Origin: Acaryochloris thomasi RCC1774
GTDB taxonomy: Bacteria; Cyanobacteriota; Cyanobacteriia; Thermosynechococcales; Thermosynechococcaceae
Length of the DNA: 32,000 nt
Direction: 5' to 3'
Assembly (NCBI RefSeq): GCF_003231495.1
Contig: NZ_PQWO01000015.1
Location: 101,861 to 133,860, forward strand
Shown: positions 8,408 to 17,447 of the stretch, one piece after another
Layout: each line of letters starts with the position of its first letter
Position numbering within the stretch: the first letter of the stretch is position 1
The notes under the pieces: model-generated
The model's database searches: none
What the model was told of the DNA's origin: nothing
Seen by the model: only the letters and a program-made list of their open reading frames with translations
Program-made: the position numbers and the translations under genes

Positions 8408-9919
8408 TCACTTCATGTCGTAGCCAAACAAGTTAGGGTCCACATCAGTCAGCTGCAAATCGGCCAGACCATATTCAGCCCAGCGTCGATCAACAATCGC
8501 AGCCGTCTCAGGATCTGGAGTCAGGGGTTCGCTCCATTCACGGTCGGTCTCAGGATAGATCTTGGTGGTGGCATCAATCCCCATCTTGCCACCCAAACCA
8601 GGCTGAGCCGTGGCAAAGTCAAGGCTATCAAAGGGATTGTCCGGCAAAATAAAGACGTCGCGCGCCGGATCAACCTGAGAACTGATCGCCCACACCACCG
8701 CGCGCGGATCGCGGATATTAATGGTCTCATCCACGACAATCACAAACTTGGTGTAGGAAAACTGGGGGAGGGCGCTCCAGAAGGCTAATGCCGCTCGACG
8801 CGCCTGCCCTGGATAGGATTTCTTGATGGAAATAATGGCAGCTTTATAGCTGAGCGCTTCCATCGGTAGAAAGAAATCAACAATCTCAGTGACCTGCTGC
8901 CGCAGGATTGGCGTATAAATTCGATTGAGGGCGATGGCCATCATGGCATCTTCCTTGGGTGGGCGTCCGCTGAAAGCCGTTAAGTAGATCGGATTCTTGC
9001 GATGGGTAACGCAGTTGAAGCGAATCAGCGGGGCCTTCTCATTGACGGGGCCGTAGAAACCGATGTGATCTCCTGCGGGGCCATCCACCGCCACGTCACC
9101 AGGGGTAATCGTTCCTTCAAGAATCATTTCGGCATCAGCAGGAACTTCTAAATCCACCGTTTTACACTTGGAGAGGTTAATGCCTTTACCGCCGTAGAGT
9201 CCGGCAAATAGCCATTCTGATAAATCGATGGGTAGAGGAGTGGCTGCCGCCATGATCACGAGGGGATCTACGCCGAGTGAGATCGCAACCTCTAGCTTCT
9301 CCCCCCGCTCCGCAGCTTTCCGCAGATGTCGCGTGGCTCCCCGCACCGACAGCCACTGCACCGTCATCGTATTTTTAGACTGAATCTGCAGCCGATAGAC
9401 ACCCACATTAGGAATCTTGCTCTCTGGATCGCGGGTAATCATCAGACCCAGCGTGATCACTTTGTCCGCATCACCTGAATAAACGCGCAGCATTGGAACT
9501 TGGGTCAAATCAACCTGCTCATCCTTGAGCACCACCTGATGACAGGGCGGGAACAAGTCACGATCGGGCTTGGCGCGCACCACATCAAAAAGCACCTTAC
9601 CAAAGTTCACCGTCTGCGCCAGCGTCTTTGGCGGCTTCGGTTGATAGAGTAGCGCTAGCTTTTGCCCTAGTGCCTCAAGCTCTTCCGGCTGCTCCACATT
9701 CATCGCCCAGCAAACCCGCTCCACCGTGCCCATCAGATTGACGGCGACAGACTGATCAGTTCCCTTTACATTCTCAAATAGAAGAGCCGGACCACCCTGC
9801 TGCAGCATGCGATTGGCAATTTCAGAAATTTCTAAATCAGGGTCTACCAGCGCCGTAATCCGCCGCAATTGTCCTCGCTGCTCTAGAAGCTTGATAAATC
9901 CCCGTAGGTCTCTAGCCAT
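8408..9919 (-). CDS. ubiD: UbiD family decarboxylase (4-hydroxy-3-polyprenylbenzoate decarboxylase type)
   Basis: N-terminus MARDLRGFIKLLEQRGQLRRITALVDPDLEISEIANR and full-length (503 aa) UbiD-like blocks (GVYRLQ, GGKMGIDATTK). ATG start. Confidence 0.9.
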   Translation of the reverse strand: MARDLRGFIKLLEQRGQLRRITALVDPDLEISEIANRMLQQGGPALLFENVKGTDQSVAVNLMGTVERVCWAMNVEQPEELEALGQKLALLYQPKPPKTLAQTVNFGKVLFDVVRAKPDRDLFPPCHQVVLKDEQVDLTQVPMLRVYSGDADKVITLGLMITRDPESKIPNVGVYRLQIQSKNTMTVQWLSVRGATRHLRKAAERGEKLEVAISLGVDPLVIMAAATPLPIDLSEWLFAGLYGGKGINLSKCKTVDLEVPADAEMILEGTITPGDVAVDGPAGDHIGFYGPVNEKAPLIRFNCVTHRKNPIYLTAFSGRPPKEDAMMAIALNRIYTPILRQQVTEIVDFFLPMEALSYKAAIISIKKSYPGQARRAALAFWSALPQFSYTKFVIVVDETINIRDPRAVVWAISSQVDPARDVFILPDNPFDSLDFATAQPGLGGKMGIDATTKIYPETDREWSEPLTPDPETAAIVDRRWAEYGLADLQLTDVDPNLFGYDMK

Positions 9920-10294
9920 GACTCTCTCATTGTGGATACATCCTTCATTATTGCGAGAAGTGAAGTTATACGGGGATTTTATTGACTCCTATTTGTGACT
10001 TATCGGGGGTGGGAAGGTCTCACTGAAGAGTAATAGCCCCATTCCAGAAAGGCTAGCTCGGTTAAATTTTTTATACAGACTGCGGGGAAATGCCTCATTA
10101 ACTGCAAAACTCAGTTGTCAGGTTTTATTCCACTATTTTCACAATAAACATGACCTTAAAAAACCTTGCCCACCCCCTTCGCATCTGAGTCCATCCATCT
10201 TGCCTTCATGGGCAGGGGACTTTATCTTAATGGAGGCCGTGCAATCGCCTTAGGATAAAAGTGTTCTGAGCGTTTTGTTCTCTGCTGACAGCTT

Positions 10295-11377
10295 GTGAGC
10301 AACTCTCGAAATTTGAACGTGTCAGGAAATCGCAGGTACTATAGCAAGGCCATCACCTTAATGGAACAGGTTGTTGACAGAGAGAAGAAAACGCGTCAGA
10401 CAACCCTGACAGCGCCAACGACAGGTCTCCTGGCTAGCGGTTTGAAAGACTATTGGTACGCTGTTGAATTTTCTTCTAAGCTTCAGGACGCAACCCTCAT
10501 CTCCTTTGAACTTTTTGATCAGCCCTGGGTTCTTTTTCGAGATCGCCAGGGGCAAGTTGGCTGTATCCAAGACGAATGCGCTCACCGTGCCTGCCCGCTA
10601 TCTCTAGGGCAAGTGGTAGACGGAACCGTGCAGTGTGGCTACCACGGTTGGCAGTACGATGCCAGCGGTAGCTGTACCCACATGCCATCTTGTCAGCACA
10701 TTCAGGTGCAGATCAAAAGCCTACCCTGCCAAGAACAAAATGGGATGATTTGGGTCTGGCCAGGTTCAGCACAGCCAACGGAACTGTCTGAACACATTTA
10801 TCAGCTTCCAGAGGGGTTTCAGCTCCATGCTGAAGTCGCGATGGAGCTACCCGTTGAGCATGGCTTACTGCTGGAAAATCTCCTGGACCTTGCCCATGCA
10901 CCTTTCACTCACACCGGTACGTTTGCTAGGGGCTGGTCTGTACCTGACTTAGTAAGGTTTATGACCCCCCAGACTCCCCTGACGGGACATTGGGATCCTT
11001 ACCCCATTGAAATGTCCTTTGAGCCACCTTGCTACGTGATCAGTACCATTGGTCTACGCGGCAAAACCTGCGGTCGCCATCTGCATCAGCTACACTGCTG
11101 CCTACCCGCAGGTCAGGGTAAAACCCGACTGCTCTATCAACTTTCGCTGGATTTTTATGGCTGGGCCAGATTTCTGCCTGGTAAAGATCGGTTCTGGCGC
11201 TCGATGGCCCAGCGCGTGATTGACGAAGACCTGCGGTTGGTCGTAGGTCAGCAAGATCGACTTGCTGCAGGCGCGGACATTTGGCGAACACCTGTGGGAT
11301 ATGACAAGTTAGGGATTAGCTATCGTCGCTGGCGCAATCAGATTGAGCAAAGCAGCCCTGATTGGCAGGAACGGTAG
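10295..11377 (+). CDS. Rieske [2Fe-2S] non-haem-iron oxygenase, PAO/CAO/Tic55-like
   Basis: Rieske motif CAHRACPLSLGQVVDGTVQCGYHGW (CxH...CxxH) and mononuclear-iron motif ENLLDLAHAPFTH (Ex3Dx2Hx4H). GTG start at 10295, alternative ATG at 10361. Confidence 0.85.
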   Translation: MSNSRNLNVSGNRRYYSKAITLMEQVVDREKKTRQTTLTAPTTGLLASGLKDYWYAVEFSSKLQDATLISFELFDQPWVLFRDRQGQVGCIQDECAHRACPLSLGQVVDGTVQCGYHGWQYDASGSCTHMPSCQHIQVQIKSLPCQEQNGMIWVWPGSAQPTELSEHIYQLPEGFQLHAEVAMELPVEHGLLLENLLDLAHAPFTHTGTFARGWSVPDLVRFMTPQTPLTGHWDPYPIEMSFEPPCYVISTIGLRGKTCGRHLHQLHCCLPAGQGKTRLLYQLSLDFYGWARFLPGKDRFWRSMAQRVIDEDLRLVVGQQDRLAAGADIWRTPVGYDKLGISYRRWRNQIEQSSPDWQER

Positions 11378-11408
11378 CCATCAGCGGCTTTCTAACATGG
11401 GCATATTG

Positions 11409-11429
11409 GCACTCGACGGCTGCGAGTGC
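11409..11429 (+). terminator. candidate stem-loop terminator downstream of the Rieske gene
   Basis: GCACTCG (11409-11415), 7-nt loop, CGAGTGC (11423-11429). It starts 32 nt after the stop and is followed only by TTAAAG, a weak U tract. Confidence 0.35.
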
Positions 11430-11517
11430 TTAAAGAATTCGCAATATACTGCAGTCTCAAGTTTGGCTGCGGGCATAATAAGTCAAACTTAAGCAAAACT
11501 TAATCAGGGGTACCGTT

Positions 11518-11820
11518 ATGGTCTTGCATCCTGAGTTTAAGCGGAGTACGCTTCAGTTCTGGCGGCAGATGGAAATGTTCCATGTGTTTATCGGCCATCC
11601 TGAACTGGAGGTAGAAGTCTCCTACGACCTAAAGCCGATTCAACGCATCTTTATTCATTCTGACCACTGTGCTTTAGAGGTACCTGAGGTTCCGGCCATT
11701 ACGTTTCGGGCAACGGTGATTGATACGCTGCCCATCGAATCAGTGGAAACCATCATCCGCCGGTTTAGTTTTAATGCTGCAGACCAATCGTATATCGCCA
11801 CCCTCGGCATGATTGGCTAG
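11518..11820 (+). CDS. hypothetical protein (100 aa)
   Basis: ATG ORF preceded by CAGGGG about 7 nt upstream. No shadow gene on the other strand. No family recognised. Confidence 0.5.
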   Translation: MVLHPEFKRSTLQFWRQMEMFHVFIGHPELEVEVSYDLKPIQRIFIHSDHCALEVPEVPAITFRATVIDTLPIESVETIIRRFSFNAADQSYIATLGMIG

Positions 11821-11830
11821 CGCGGTTTTC

Positions 11831-12392
11831 CTATTCTTTCAGCCAAGCAAACAGTTCTTTGACCGTTAAGTCAAAGGCTTCAGCAAAATCAGGCACGGGT
11901 AACTTCGCCTCCATTTCTTCGTAGAAGGCGGTCGACTGATTAGGGCAGTAAACAAAAACCAACTGTTCTGCGGGGTCGATGAGCCACCCCATTTGAGTGC
12001 CATGACTGAGACAGTGCAAAATATTTTTCACAACTTCTGTATAACTTTGTCCCGGCGACAAAATCTCGATTGTCCAGTCAGGCACAAGAGAAAATATATT
12101 TGTAACTTCTCCCTTTTGATCACGGGGAATACGGTCCTAAAGGAGAACGGCAATATCAGGAACAGTAGAGCGATCTCCAAAGGTACAGCGCAGTTCAGGG
12201 AATGTCCGAGCTATTCGCTGCGCTTTGACGACAGAGTTGAGGGCCGATACTAACTCCTTGAATGACGCTATGTTTTCCTTGCGACATCGGCTTTTGAATA
12301 ATATTTCCATCAATGTACTCACCGGCAGGTTCTGTTTCTGGTAGGTCCAGAAAAGCTTCCAGCGTGAGTACTTTTTGAGGTACTTGAAGCAT
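11831..12392 (-). pseudogene. Uma2 (DUF820) family endonuclease, disrupted by one frameshift and one in-frame TAG
   Basis: Three track ORFs join into one Uma2-like sequence: LTLEAFLDLPETEPAGEYIDGNIIQKPMSQGKHSVIQ | ELVSALNSVVKAQRIARTFPELRCTFGDRSTVPDIAVLL * DRIPRDQKGEVTNIFSLVPDWTIEILSPGQS...GWLIDP. The frame changes near 12255-12262. An in-frame stop lies at 12137-12139. Confidence 0.8.
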
Positions 12393-12393
12393 G

Positions 12394-13629
12394 TTAGTGA
12401 GATTCTGAACTAAATTTTTCGATACAGCGCAGAAAAATTTCTACCCCTATCCCTAAAGCCGTTTCGTCGAAGTCGAAGCGAGGATGGTGGTGGGGATAGG
12501 CTAAGCCACGTTCCTTATTAGCTGCGCCGACAAAGAAGTAGCAGCCTGGCACTTCCTGCAAAAAATAAGACATATCTTCACCGCCCATAGTCTGACACTC
12601 AGGAACAACGCCCACCGGGGTTTCGATAACGGTTTCAGCCACTGAACGCACTAGCTGTGCCATCTTGTCATCGTTGATCACGGCCGGATACAAGGGCCAA
12701 TAGTTGAGGTCGTAGGTCGCGCCGTGGCTTTGGCAAATTCCGGCAACAATGTCTTCGACGCGCTTGCCAATCACGTTTTCTAGTTCGGGGTTGAAGTAGC
12801 GCACCGTGCCGGTCATGCGGGCGGAGTCGGCAATCACGTTATTGGCAACCCCCGCATGGAGTTCGCCTACGGTTACAACGGCAGACTCTAGCGGATTGAC
12901 GGTGCGAGAAACAATGGTCTGCAGCGCATTCACAATTTGAGCCGCCACTACGACAGAATCAACGGTCTGGTGGGGCATCGCTCCGTGACCGCCTTTTCCT
13001 TGGATGTGACATTCAAATAACTCGACTGCCGCCATCAGGGGACCGCTGCGGACACCAATGGTTCCGAGGGGCAAGTTGTTCCAAAGATGGAGACCGATAA
13101 TGGCGTCTACGTCAGGATTTTTGAGCGCCCCTTCTTCAATCATGGGCTTGGCTCCCCCCGGCGATTCTTCGGCGGGTTGGAAGATCAGTTTGAGGGTGCC
13201 TTTCAAGTGCTCACGGCTTCGGGAAAGGTGGTAGGCAGTGCCCAGTGCGATCGCAACATGCCCGTCATGACCACAGGCATGCATCCGGCCATCATGCTTA
13301 GAGCGGTAGGGAACCTGATTGGCCTCTTGGACCGGCAGCGCATCCATATCGGCCCGAATCGCCAACACCGGCCCCGGCAAATCCCCCTCAACGGTGGCAA
13401 TGATTCCAGTTTTTGCTACCCCTGTTTGATGATCAATGCCCCATTCCGTCAACTTTTGGGAGACAACCTCTGCGGTACGAAATTCTTCAAAGCCTAGTTC
13501 AGGATGCTGGTGAAGATCGCGGCGCCAATTGACAAGATCAGCCTGAAGCAACTGGATTTCGGGTCGAATGTGGGGGGTAAACGTGACAGGAGTCGTAACC
13601 ATATACGCTATTGAAGGGAATATCTTCAC
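12394..13629 (-). CDS. M20D family amidohydrolase (N-acyl-amino acid / hippurate hydrolase type)
   Basis: WRRDLHQHPELGFEE, IRADMDALP, HACGHDGH and QPAEE motifs. GTG start at 13629, alternative ATG at 13602. Confidence 0.9.
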   Translation of the reverse strand: MKIFPSIAYMVTTPVTFTPHIRPEIQLLQADLVNWRRDLHQHPELGFEEFRTAEVVSQKLTEWGIDHQTGVAKTGIIATVEGDLPGPVLAIRADMDALPVQEANQVPYRSKHDGRMHACGHDGHVAIALGTAYHLSRSREHLKGTLKLIFQPAEESPGGAKPMIEEGALKNPDVDAIIGLHLWNNLPLGTIGVRSGPLMAAVELFECHIQGKGGHGAMPHQTVDSVVVAAQIVNALQTIVSRTVNPLESAVVTVGELHAGVANNVIADSARMTGTVRYFNPELENVIGKRVEDIVAGICQSHGATYDLNYWPLYPAVINDDKMAQLVRSVAETVIETPVGVVPECQTMGGEDMSYFLQEVPGCYFFVGAANKERGLAYPHHHPRFDFDETALGIGVEIFLRCIEKFSSESH

Positions 13630-13689
13630 TATAGCTTTCTCTTTCTGACCGCTTGGGTGAAGGCTGCAAGCTTGAACGACTCTTAACCT

Positions 13690-14511
13690 ATGGCTGATTT
13701 ATTTCCACTGCAAGGTCGCACTGCTGTTGTCACGGGCAGTACGCGGGGCATTGGCCTCATCATGGCTCAGGCGCTCATTGCCGCAGGAGCGAATGTTGTG
13801 GTGTCCTCACGATCAGAGACTGGGGCCGTCTGTGAGCAGCTTGAACGGAATGCGTTGGCTCCGGGCACGGGCCAGATCATGGGCACCACCTGTGACGTTA
13901 CCTCTTTAGGACAGGTGGAACAGCTAGCAGCTAAAACCATTGAAAGGTTTGGGCAAATTGATATTTGGATTAACAATGCCGGAATTGCCAGTCCCTATGC
14001 TCAGACCCTTGATATCCCCATCGAGCGCTGGAAACGGGTGGTGCAGACGAATCTTTACGGCACCTATCATGGAACAACGGTCGCTCTCCAGCACATGTTA
14101 GAGCGTAACCAAGGCAAGATTGTGAATGTGTTCGGTGCCGGCGATCGAGATAGCCGCGTCGATAAGTATGGCTACATGAGTGCCTATGCCACGTCTAAAT
14201 CGGCGGTACGACGATTCACATTGGTCATGGCGGAAGAATACAAACAGACCCCGATCTCAATTTTGGGACTACGGCCTGGTTTAGTGGCAACTGACTTGAT
14301 GACCAAGATTGAGCCACTGACCGATGAAGCAGCCCAGCGTCTCAAGGGGCTAAGTTTTGCTTTATTTCTATTTACGACACCTGCGGAGCAGATCCAGACC
14401 ACTATCGTCAAGATGGTCTCTAGCACCACGGATGGGGTTAGCGGCCAGGTTTATCGCTGTCGGGTCACAGTCCCTACTATTGTTCAGCGCTGGATAAAGC
14501 GATCACGGTGA
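13690..14511 (+). CDS. SDR family oxidoreductase
   Basis: Cofactor motif VTGSTRGIG, NNAG, and catalytic YATSK (YxxxK). Confidence 0.9.
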   Translation: MADLFPLQGRTAVVTGSTRGIGLIMAQALIAAGANVVVSSRSETGAVCEQLERNALAPGTGQIMGTTCDVTSLGQVEQLAAKTIERFGQIDIWINNAGIASPYAQTLDIPIERWKRVVQTNLYGTYHGTTVALQHMLERNQGKIVNVFGAGDRDSRVDKYGYMSAYATSKSAVRRFTLVMAEEYKQTPISILGLRPGLVATDLMTKIEPLTDEAAQRLKGLSFALFLFTTPAEQIQTTIVKMVSSTTDGVSGQVYRCRVTVPTIVQRWIKRSR

Positions 14512-14527
14512 TCGAGACTGCAGCGCA

Positions 14528-15013
14528 CTACTGCGGCATATATTTTTGCACAACAGACCAGCCCGACAGTGAAACGAGTGCTAGCGCGACAAACAGAAGG
14601 CTGTTGATTCTGAGATGTAACGGTCGCGCCCAAGGACGTTGAGGGTGAATGCGCGTCGCCGACCAGGCAGAAGCGAAGGAAAGAGCAACCACAATTAATC
14701 CGACCGGAAGATGCCATGAATGGCCCAGGCTTCCGTAGTGGCCCAGTGTACCCACTAGACCAATGGCAAGTAGATTCACAATCAGCAGTACGAGGGCAAT
14801 GCCTAAGCCTCGATGCAGAATACGAAGCCATTTCTGGGGTCTCGCACCGGGAGCAAGTCTCTGCCTTCTCAGCACCAGACCAACAGCGGCCAACCCAAAA
14901 AACAGCATGACAGTGAGGCCCATAGACCAGGCTGCAATTCGCCAGAGCCACATAAAGGAGGGTAAGTGCACGATGTTACTCCCACGATCACGAGTGCAAG
15001 CAAATGGTAGCAA
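14528..15013 (-). CDS. integral membrane protein, DUF4079-like
   Basis: Four hydrophobic helices with conserved-looking His residues (ILHRGLGIALVLL, GHSWHLPVGLIVV). Preferred over the overlapping 14484-14951 frame, which is Cys/Arg-rich and non-protein-like. The start is uncertain: TTG 15013, GTG 14971 or ATG 14953. Confidence 0.55.
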   Translation of the reverse strand: MLPFACTRDRGSNIVHLPSFMWLWRIAAWSMGLTVMLFFGLAAVGLVLRRQRLAPGARPQKWLRILHRGLGIALVLLIVNLLAIGLVGTLGHYGSLGHSWHLPVGLIVVALSFASAWSATRIHPQRPWARPLHLRINSLLFVALALVSLSGWSVVQKYMPQ

Positions 15014-15177
15014 AATCCTTGGTCATCGTTTTTAATAAGTGGGTGTTTCTTGTGATCTCAGTAACCTTCAGGCTATGTTTCGCTCGGTAAAATGTTGGGT
15101 ATAAATACCTTTTTCAATACTTGCGATCGCATTTTTAATGCCCTCCCCTCTTTCGGCAAGTGAAGGCAGACACCTCC

Positions 15178-15483
15178 CTAACTTCGCCGAATCTCGAACC
15201 GCTCAAAGTTTTGCAGTGACTGCTCCTCAATGACCACTGACTCGACCCGAGCTGCAGGTGGACCGCTGTCCAACCAATCTACAAGCTTCTGGACCTGAGT
15301 GCGATCGCCCTCGACCATCGCCTCCACCTGTCCATCGGGCAAATTGCGGACCCAGCCCACCAGGCCAAGACGGGTCGCTTGCTCCTGAGTCGTATAGCGG
15401 TAGCCCACACCCTGCACACGCCCTGAAATAATTGCGTGCTGGCAGATAGCGCTACTTGATGTCGAAGAGTTAGAGGGTACCAT
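15178..15483 (-). CDS. acyP: acylphosphatase
   Basis: Signature ISGRVQGVGYRYTTQEQATRLGLVGWVRNLPDGQVE, and about 100 aa in length. Confidence 0.9.
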   Translation of the reverse strand: MVPSNSSTSSSAICQHAIISGRVQGVGYRYTTQEQATRLGLVGWVRNLPDGQVEAMVEGDRTQVQKLVDWLDSGPPAARVESVVIEEQSLQNFERFEIRRS

Positions 15484-15531
15484 CCGTCTTCTACTGAATT
15501 GCTTTTCACATCATTTAGGGAATAAGTATGC

Positions 15532-16542
15532 CTAAGCTTTGACGGGTGAAGCCTCCATGCCCAGCTCACGCCGGAGCAGCTCTACAGACTGTGTATCAAT
15601 GTAGGTTTTACAGTAGATCACCTTAGGCCGTCGAATCAGATCAGGTTCAGCTTCAGCCATTGCGGCTCTGAGGGTCTGGCAACTAGCGCGATCACTAATA
15701 ATCGTTTGCGAGTGACGAATCAAGGCACTCAGCCGCTGGGTGTCATGGCACTGAGCCGTCATCACATAGAGATCGTCACCCCGCAGGCTAGAGATCATAA
15801 CTTCCGCAACGCCCAGGGTGCCAGAACTCAGGCTGACCAGTCCCAACCGCCCCTCTTTAGGCAGCTCTTTGATCAGCTCTAGCTCATCGCTGTAGTTATA
15901 AATATCGATAGGAATTACCCGAAAGGCTTTCAGATCGTCATCCTGACGCGCCTCGACAATATCATGGGCTTCTTTAGCAAAGTAGCGGACCGTGACAATA
16001 GTGGCTGCGGCCCGCCTCTGAAGGGATGCGTCTAGCTCCTCTAACGGAATCAGCTTAATCGGGATCGAGAGGGCCAGATCTAGCTCTTGGACGATAATCT
16101 CTCCAGCGCCGAGATCGTGCTGCGGTACGGTCACGATCAGTTGTGAGCTGGCGCGCAGACGCTCCTTAATCGCAGCTAGCAGCATGCTCTTGACTTCCCC
16201 TAGGGAGTAGCCCTGCTGCAAAAAACCATCCAGGCTTTGCTCAATCAACTCTTCAACGGGAACGTCGGCTTGCTCTTTGCTAATCGGAATTGGCTCTTGC
16301 CCCAACGCCCGCACGTAAATGCCGGACCCCATCTGAGCTTCGACAAAGCCTGCCGTTTCTAAGCGTTCGTAAACTTTACTAATAGTGTTGCGATGTAGCC
16401 CTGTCTGCATCGCAAGCTGACGGGTGCTGGGCAGGCGGTAACCCGGTGAAAATTGTCGAGATGCGATCGCAAAGCAGATCTGGTTAAAAAGCTGGGTAGA
16501 CGCTGGAATTTCACTATCGGATTGAATCTGGAACTGCACCAT
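15532..16542 (-). CDS. GntR family transcriptional regulator with a long non-standard C-terminal domain (PlmA-subfamily-like)
   Basis: N-terminal winged HTH: GYRLPSTRQLAMQTGLHRNTISKVYERLETAGFVEAQMGSGIYV. At 336 aa, the C-terminal ~250 aa show no FadR/HutC/MocR/YtrA features I recognise. That fits the cyanobacteria-restricted PlmA group, but the assignment is tentative. Confidence 0.8.
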   Translation of the reverse strand: MVQFQIQSDSEIPASTQLFNQICFAIASRQFSPGYRLPSTRQLAMQTGLHRNTISKVYERLETAGFVEAQMGSGIYVRALGQEPIPISKEQADVPVEELIEQSLDGFLQQGYSLGEVKSMLLAAIKERLRASSQLIVTVPQHDLGAGEIIVQELDLALSIPIKLIPLEELDASLQRRAAATIVTVRYFAKEAHDIVEARQDDDLKAFRVIPIDIYNYSDELELIKELPKEGRLGLVSLSSGTLGVAEVMISSLRGDDLYVMTAQCHDTQRLSALIRHSQTIISDRASCQTLRAAMAEAEPDLIRRPKVIYCKTYIDTQSVELLRRELGMEASPVKA

Positions 16543-16700
16543 ATGGGCCTCTCTGAAAGCCGCAGACGCAGCTTAGCACAGCCCTTGTCCTCTTGTGGGA
16601 CTTCAAACTAGAGACCAGCAGCATTCTCGCTGCTCCACAAATCCTGCGAAAATATAGCAGAAACCGATAAACGGCGATTAATTCCTCCACAACAGATCCG

Positions 16701-17447
16701 ATGGCTGATATAGAAATTCACACTCAAGCCCTGAAAATCCCCAATGGCTCGTTACAAATTGATGCATATCTAGCGGTCCCAAGCGAGCCCGGTCCCTACC
16801 CCGCCGTGATTGTCTGGCAGGAAATATTTGGCGTCAACGCCCATATTCGCAACGTCACCGAACGGATTGCACAGTTGGGATATGTTGCCATCGCCCCCGC
16901 CATCTATCAACGGCAGGCCCCAGGATTTGAAGTCGGCTACAGTCCTGAAGAAGTAGAGCTAGGACGACAATACAAGATCCAAACGACAGCCACAGAACTG
17001 CTCAGTGATGCCCAAGCCACAATTGACATGCTCCATACCCTTGAACAAGTCCAGAATGACTGCATCGCCTCCATTGGCTTTTGCTTTGGTGGCCACGTTG
17101 CCTATCTGGTGGCCACGCTGCCTGCAATTGCGGCTACAGCCGTCTTCTATGGCGCTGGCATCGCCACCCTAACACCAGGAGGCGGCCCTCCCACCCTGAC
17201 TCGGACCCCAGAGATCAAAGGGACGCTATATGGCTTTTTTGGTAATCAAGACGTGCTGATCCCTAATCCAGAGGTCGATCAAATTCGTCAAGTGCTTCAA
17301 GAAGCTGGCGTTGAGCATCGGATCACTCAATACCCTGCCAGACATGGTTTTTTCTGCGACCAGCGCGACAGCTACCAGCCCACCGCAGCAGCTGATGCTT
17401 GGCAGCAGTTTCAAGAATTGCTGGCAGGAACCTTTGCAAATCGCTAG
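16701..17447 (+). CDS. dienelactone hydrolase family protein
   Basis: Alpha/beta-hydrolase with a nucleophile-elbow Cys (IGFCFGGHVAY) and C-terminal HGF. 248 aa. Confidence 0.85.
   Translation: MADIEIHTQALKIPNGSLQIDAYLAVPSEPGPYPAVIVWQEIFGVNAHIRNVTERIAQLGYVAIAPAIYQRQAPGFEVGYSPEEVELGRQYKIQTTATELLSDAQATIDMLHTLEQVQNDCIASIGFCFGGHVAYLVATLPAIAATAVFYGAGIATLTPGGGPPTLTRTPEIKGTLYGFFGNQDVLIPNPEVDQIRQVLQEAGVEHRITQYPARHGFFCDQRDSYQPTAAADAWQQFQELLAGTFANR

Noticed and set aside
14484-14951. 155-aa ORF overlapping the DUF4079-like gene on the same strand in another frame.
   Set aside because: The translation is Cys/Arg/Ser-rich with no hydrophobic helices or motifs. The alternative frame (14528-15013) gives a coherent four-helix membrane protein.
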